From NCBI GenBank assembly GCA_965203175.1, contig OZ241867.1:3584001-3648000 (forward strand): a DNA stretch of 64,000 nucleotides. The letters are read 5' to 3'. Shown one piece after another: positions 59,599 through 64,000 of this stretch (position 1 is its first letter; each line of letters starts with the position of its first letter). The notes beneath the pieces were generated by a model that did not search any database, had not been told where the DNA came from, and saw only the letters and a program-made list of their open reading frames with translations. A program made the position numbers and the translations under genes. This DNA comes from Candidatus Latescibacterota bacterium. GTDB lineage: Bacteria; Latescibacterota; UBA2968; UBA8231.

Positions 59599-60621
59599 TT
59601 AAAACTGGACGCCGAGCTTGATGTTTGTTTCGGGTTGGGTAGCGATTTTGGGATACGCGTCGAGCAAGTCGTCAAAGGATACGATGGGCTGCACGATGGG
59701 CAGGCAATCGACTTGGCCTTCAGCGAGCATGCGCCAGCAGACGTCGTAGATGCGGGCGTTGTCCCAATTGGGGTGGTCGGGGTTTGGCTCGCTGTTGGCG
59801 CGAGAGAATATGATGTGCGGTCGGTTCATGTGGGCTTCGGCGCCCAAGTCTATTCCCGTCGTCCAGGCTCCGGGATACGCGCCGGCCACGATCGTGCCTC
59901 GGTAGGCGACTCCGCGCAGGGCTTGCTGCATGGCTGCGGGATGCCCGCTGTAATCAATGATCACGTCCGCGCCTCGGTTGGCCGTGGCCTTCTTGATCTC
60001 CAAGCCAGCGTCGCATTGGGTGGGGTCGAGGACGAGGTCGGCTCCGCAGGCGCGGGCTGCTTCGCGCCGGTTGGCCAATGGGTCGAGGGCGATGATGGGA
60101 TGGGCACCGGCCAAGCGGCAGAATTGCACGGCCATCAGGCTGATGGCCCCGAGGCCCGAGATGGCTACGGCATCGCCGATGCGGACGTGCCCGTCGCGCA
60201 CTGCGCCGAGGGCAAAATCCGCCGGGTCGAGGCAGACCGCGGCTTGCCAAGGTACGTCTGCGGGCAAGCGGCGCGCGGTTGCGGGCCAGACGTGTTCTTC
60301 GCGGAACGGCCCGTAGGCGAAGACGCGGTCGCCTTCTTTGAGCTGTGTGACGCCCGGACCTAGTTCGACGACTTCGCCGACGCCCATGTTGCCCAGCGAC
60401 ACGGGATATTGGACGCCCTCGCCCTGATAGTCGAAGATGCGAAGCTCGGAGTCGAAGTGGCCGCGCGGGCCGGCGTATCCCTTAAACATCGACATTTCAG
60501 TGCCGTGCTTGGCGGCTGCGTACAGGCTTTTGACGCGGACTTGGCCTTCTGACAGCGGTGGCGATTCGAATTCTTGGAAGGCCACTTGCTCGGCGGCCGG
60601 GGCGATGAGTGCTCGGGGCAT
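59599..60621 (-). CDS. Zinc-type alcohol dehydrogenase-like (MDR) protein
   Basis: KHGTE, GVGEVVELGPGV, GLGAIS, GADVIID. Confidence 0.87.
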   Translation of the reverse strand: MPRALIAPAAEQVAFQEFESPPLSEGQVRVKSLYAAAKHGTEMSMFKGYAGPRGHFDSELRIFDYQGEGVQYPVSLGNMGVGEVVELGPGVTQLKEGDRVFAYGPFREEHVWPATARRLPADVPWQAAVCLDPADFALGAVRDGHVRIGDAVAISGLGAISLMAVQFCRLAGAHPIIALDPLANRREAARACGADLVLDPTQCDAGLEIKKATANRGADVIIDYSGHPAAMQQALRGVAYRGTIVAGAYPGAWTTGIDLGAEAHMNRPHIIFSRANSEPNPDHPNWDNARIYDVCWRMLAEGQVDCLPIVQPIVSFDDLLDAYPKIATQPETNIKLGVQF

Positions 60622-60700
60622 GGGGCGACTCGCTTGACGTTGGACGCGTTTTTTGGGTTTATAGCGGGCCAAAATATACACTTCTCAGCGAGGATATGCC

Positions 60701-61663
60701 ATGTCAGAACGCGTACAGATCGTAGTGCCCGGCGACAATCCAACCCAGATCGCCGGTTCGCCGCATTTAGAGCGTCTCGCTCCCTACGGGGATGTCACGC
60801 TCTTTGAGGATACGCCGCAAAGCGCGGACGAGAAAATCGCGCGGGCCGAGGGCGCGCAAATCATTATCAATACGCGCGGGGTAGTAACGTGGCGCGAGGA
60901 GATGCGCCGCTTGCCAGAGCTCAAGATGATTGCCACCTGCTCCATCGGCACGGATATGATCGACCTGGCGATTGCCAAGGAACTCGGGATCGTGGTGTCG
61001 AACCAGCCCGGCCGAACCGCGCCGGTGGTGGCCGAGCACATGTTCGGGCTGATGTTCGCCCTGTCCAAGCGCGCCTATTTCCAGACCGCCGAGTTGAAGG
61101 CTGGCCGCTGGACGCGCGAGATGAACACCATGCTGCAAGGGAAGGTGTTAGGCGTGGTGGGCACGGGGCCGATTGGCGCGGAGATGGCGCGGTTGGGGCG
61201 GGCCATCGGCATGGAGGTCATTGCGTGGACTTTCAATCCGTCGCCGGAGCGCGCGGCCGAGTACGGGGTGCGCTTTGTCGAGCTTGACGAGCTGTTGCAG
61301 ACCGCGGATGTGGTCAGCCTGCACGTGAAGTTGACCGAGGATACCCGACACTTTCTTGGGGCGCGCGAGTTTGGTCTGATGAAGGAGGGGGCGCTGGTGT
61401 TGAACGGGGCGCGCGGCGACGTGCTGGACATGAACGCTTTGCGCGACGCTCTGTTGTCCGGGCATGTGGGCGGGGCCGGGCTAGATGTGTTTCCCGAGGA
61501 GCCGCTGCCGAGTGACGATCCCATTCTCGATTGCGATCAGGTAGTGTTGACGCCTCATGCGGCAGATCAGACGCCCGAGGGGGTGGATTTGCTGAACGAG
61601 GGCGCGGTCGATAATGTGATTGCGTTTTTGGAGGGACGGCCGCGGAACAATGTGGCGGTGTGA
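60701..61663 (+). CDS. D-2-hydroxyacid dehydrogenase family
   Basis: VAEH, GTGPIG, DVVSLH, NGARG, LDVFPEEP, TPH. Confidence 0.92.
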   Translation: MSERVQIVVPGDNPTQIAGSPHLERLAPYGDVTLFEDTPQSADEKIARAEGAQIIINTRGVVTWREEMRRLPELKMIATCSIGTDMIDLAIAKELGIVVSNQPGRTAPVVAEHMFGLMFALSKRAYFQTAELKAGRWTREMNTMLQGKVLGVVGTGPIGAEMARLGRAIGMEVIAWTFNPSPERAAEYGVRFVELDELLQTADVVSLHVKLTEDTRHFLGAREFGLMKEGALVLNGARGDVLDMNALRDALLSGHVGGAGLDVFPEEPLPSDDPILDCDQVVLTPHAADQTPEGVDLLNEGAVDNVIAFLEGRPRNNVAV

Positions 61664-61669
61664 GATGGA

Positions 61670-62446
61670 ATGAAGGCATTCGATGGGCGCTTTGCCGCGC
61701 TGCAAATTACCGGTAAACGGGACTATCAAGAGGATAGTTTTGGCCTGTTAGATGAGCGCGATCTCGGCCTAGATGACAGCGAACACGCCGTGTTGTTGGT
61801 CGCCGATGGCATGGGTGGCCATGTGGGTGGTGCGATTGCTAGTGATCTTTTGTGCAAGACGTTTGTCGAGGTGTATCCGCGTTTTTCCGGTCCCATCGTC
61901 GATCGTCTGCGGGCTTGTCTTGACAAGGCCAATGGTGCTATCACCGCGGCCGTCGACGAAAATCCCGCACTCGACAGCATGGGTTCGACCTTGGTCGCGG
62001 CTGTTGTTGCAAGCGAAGGGCTGCACTGGATTAGCGTGGGCGATTCTCCGTTGTGGTTGTTCCACGAAGGGCAATTAGAGCGGTTGAATGCTGATCATTC
62101 TATGACGCCGGTGCTAGCCGAACTCGCGGCGGCGGGGCGCATGACTGCCGAGGACGCGGCGCGGCACCCAAGTCAGCATTCGCTGCGCTCGGTGGTCATG
62201 GGCGATGAGATGCCCTTGATCGATGTGTCGTCGCAGCCAGTTGCGCTGGAGCAAGGCGACCGGGTGGTATTGGCGAGCGATGGTTTGCTGGCCTTAGACG
62301 AGCAAGAGATCGCGGAGATCCTCAAGAAAACGCGCGATGCGCCATTGGAGGATAGCGCCGTGGCTCTTATCCAAGCTGTGGAAGGAGCTGAACATCCCTA
62401 TCAGGACAATGTGACTGTCTTGTTGTACGCTCCAATAGCCGATTAG
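61670..62446 (+). CDS. PP2C-family Ser/Thr phosphatase
   Basis: RDYQED, VADGMGGH, MGST, GDS, DHS, ASDGL, DNVT. Confidence 0.93.
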   Translation: MKAFDGRFAALQITGKRDYQEDSFGLLDERDLGLDDSEHAVLLVADGMGGHVGGAIASDLLCKTFVEVYPRFSGPIVDRLRACLDKANGAITAAVDENPALDSMGSTLVAAVVASEGLHWISVGDSPLWLFHEGQLERLNADHSMTPVLAELAAAGRMTAEDAARHPSQHSLRSVVMGDEMPLIDVSSQPVALEQGDRVVLASDGLLALDEQEIAEILKKTRDAPLEDSAVALIQAVEGAEHPYQDNVTVLLYAPIAD

Positions 62447-62498
62447 ATATAAAATTCAGAGCAAAAATCACTCGACAACAATGAAAAAAGGAGAAGCT

Positions 62499-63344
62499 AT
62501 GTTTCGCTCGCTATCACCGGGGGCTGTCGGCGCAAGCGTAGAAAATCTCGCAGACGGGCTTGATTTGGCCGCGCGGCACGGGTTCGCTGGGTATCACTTT
62601 AACATTGGCGAAGTCGCGGCTATGGGCGCGGAAGAGGCGCTCGCGTTGGCCGAGCGCAAGGGCGTTCGTCTGTCGGCGTGGGGATTTCCCGTTGATTTTC
62701 GGGGGGAGGAGGATGCATATCAAGCGAGTTTGGCGCAGTTGCCGGAGTTGGCAAAGGTGGCGGCGGCGTTGGGGGTGCAGCGGACGGCGACTTGGCTTAT
62801 GCCGACCTCGGACGAGTTGACGTACCAAGAGAACTTTGCCTTTCACGTCGAGCGGCTGCGGCCGGCTGCGGTGGTGCTCGCCGAGGAAGGTGTGCGGTTG
62901 GGGTTGGAATACGTCGCGCCGAAAACGCTGTGGTCGAGCAAGCAGTACGAGTTTGTCCACACCATGGAGCAAATGGAGGAATTGTGCCAAGCCGTAGGCG
63001 AGAATGTGGGCTTTCTGCTCGATAGCTGGCATTGGTACACGGCCCACGAGACGGCTGAGGATGTGCGCCGCTTGCGCCCCCAGCAAGTGGTGGATGTACA
63101 CGTCAACGACGCACCGGCTGGCGTGGAGATTGACGACCAGCTCGACAATGTGCGCGACTTGCCTGGGGCGACCGGTGTAATCGACATCGCGACATTCCTC
63201 AGCGCCTTGCAGCACATTGGCTACGACGGGCCGGTCATGGTCGAGCCGTTCAGCGAGCGAGTGCGCGCCATGGAGCGGGAGGAGGCCGTGGCGGCTACGG
63301 CTGCCGCGCTGGGCCGCGTGTGGGAGCAAGCCGGACTCAGGTGA
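62499..63344 (+). CDS. Sugar phosphate isomerase/epimerase (TIM barrel)
   Basis: LGLEY, LLDSWHW, VHVND, PGATG, VEPF. Confidence 0.88.
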   Translation: MFRSLSPGAVGASVENLADGLDLAARHGFAGYHFNIGEVAAMGAEEALALAERKGVRLSAWGFPVDFRGEEDAYQASLAQLPELAKVAAALGVQRTATWLMPTSDELTYQENFAFHVERLRPAAVVLAEEGVRLGLEYVAPKTLWSSKQYEFVHTMEQMEELCQAVGENVGFLLDSWHWYTAHETAEDVRRLRPQQVVDVHVNDAPAGVEIDDQLDNVRDLPGATGVIDIATFLSALQHIGYDGPVMVEPFSERVRAMEREEAVAATAAALGRVWEQAGLR

Positions 63345-63345
63345 C

Positions 63346-64000
63346 GTGGAAACCCGCACTATTGAATGCGACATTTTGGTCTTGGGCGGCGGCTTGGGCG
63401 GTGTGGCCGCGGCCGTGCGCGCCGCCCGCTTGGGCTATCGAGTCTGCCTGACCGAAGAAAATCTGTGGATCGGCGGCCAAGCCACTAGCCAAGGCGTCTC
63501 CGCCTTAGACGAGCATCCGCACATAGAGCACTTTGGCGGCACGGAGCTCTACGGCGAATTCCGCGCTGGCATCCGCGCGTTCTATCGCCGCAAATACAAG
63601 CTGAAAAACCCAGACGACCCGCACTTCAATCCCGGGGCCGGTTGGGTCTCTGCATTGTGCTTTGAGCCGCGAGCCGGGCTAACGGCCTTGCTGTCCTTGG
63701 TTGTACCCCAAGTCGAGGCCGGTCGCCTGATGCTGTTTTACCGTGCCCGCGCATCTGCCGCCCATGTCCAAGGCCAGTCCATCCGCACCGTAGATGTCGT
63801 CCAAGACGGCGGCACGCACATCTTGCGCTTTGCCCCGGCGTACGTGCTCGACGCCACAGAGCTGGGCGACCTGCTGCCCCTGCTGCCCGTCCCCTACGTC
63901 TCTGGCGCTGAAAGCCGCGACCAGACCGGCGAGCCGCACGCCCGCGCCGAAGGCCCCGCTCCGCATCTAACCCAGTCTTTTACCTGCCCGTTTGCGGTCG
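63346..64000 (+). CDS. FAD-dependent oxidoreductase (3'-partial; absent from the ORF track)
   Basis: GTG 63346 opens VETRTIECDILVLGGGLGGVAAA...EENLWIGGQATSQGVS...FEP...DATELGDL, open to the window end. Confidence 0.88.
   Translation, partial: METRTIECDILVLGGGLGGVAAAVRAARLGYRVCLTEENLWIGGQATSQGVSALDEHPHIEHFGGTELYGEFRAGIRAFYRRKYKLKNPDDPHFNPGAGWVSALCFEPRAGLTALLSLVVPQVEAGRLMLFYRARASAAHVQGQSIRTVDVVQDGGTHILRFAPAYVLDATELGDLLPLLPVPYVSGAESRDQTGEPHARAEGPAPHLTQSFTCPFAV

Noticed and set aside
63679-63966. 95-aa minus-strand ORF
   Set aside because: Shadow of the plus-strand FAD oxidoreductase that runs off the window.

Overview
A GC-rich, gene-dense bacterial chromosomal segment with about 60 CDS. I found no rRNA, tRNA, CRISPR array or transposase. 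A T9SS/FlgD-type C-terminal domain, a WD40-metalloprotease and the gatC-pyrG-lpt-rpoN gene order suggest an FCB-group lineage such as Latescibacterota or a Gemmatimonadota relative, possibly a marine or sponge symbiont (inference only). Housekeeping genes include a dksA-like gene, tolC, tal, gmhA, a prenyltransferase, an ECF sigma, rfbC, pyrE, smc, gatC, pyrG, lptC/A-lptB, rpoN, a purH-like gene, dapA, dapB, a glmU-like gene and ppk1. The most notable items are: (1) a sigma54-driven urea island (urtA-porin-urtBCDE-ureAB-ureC-ureF-ureG, with ureD upstream and no ureE) whose subunits and accessory proteins carry plant/fungal-type signatures; (2) an operon encoding a single-chain triple Rid/YjgF-fold protein, a two-subunit ComDE-like ThDP decarboxylase and a LarA-like protein; (3) an atypical CPR/DPANN-like CTP synthase in a locus that lacks the usual kds and hpf genes; (4) a lower-GC islet with an Xre-IrrE/PIN (RosmerTA-like) pair and a membrane pentapeptide-repeat protein. 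All family assignments come from motif recognition by eye; no database searches were run.
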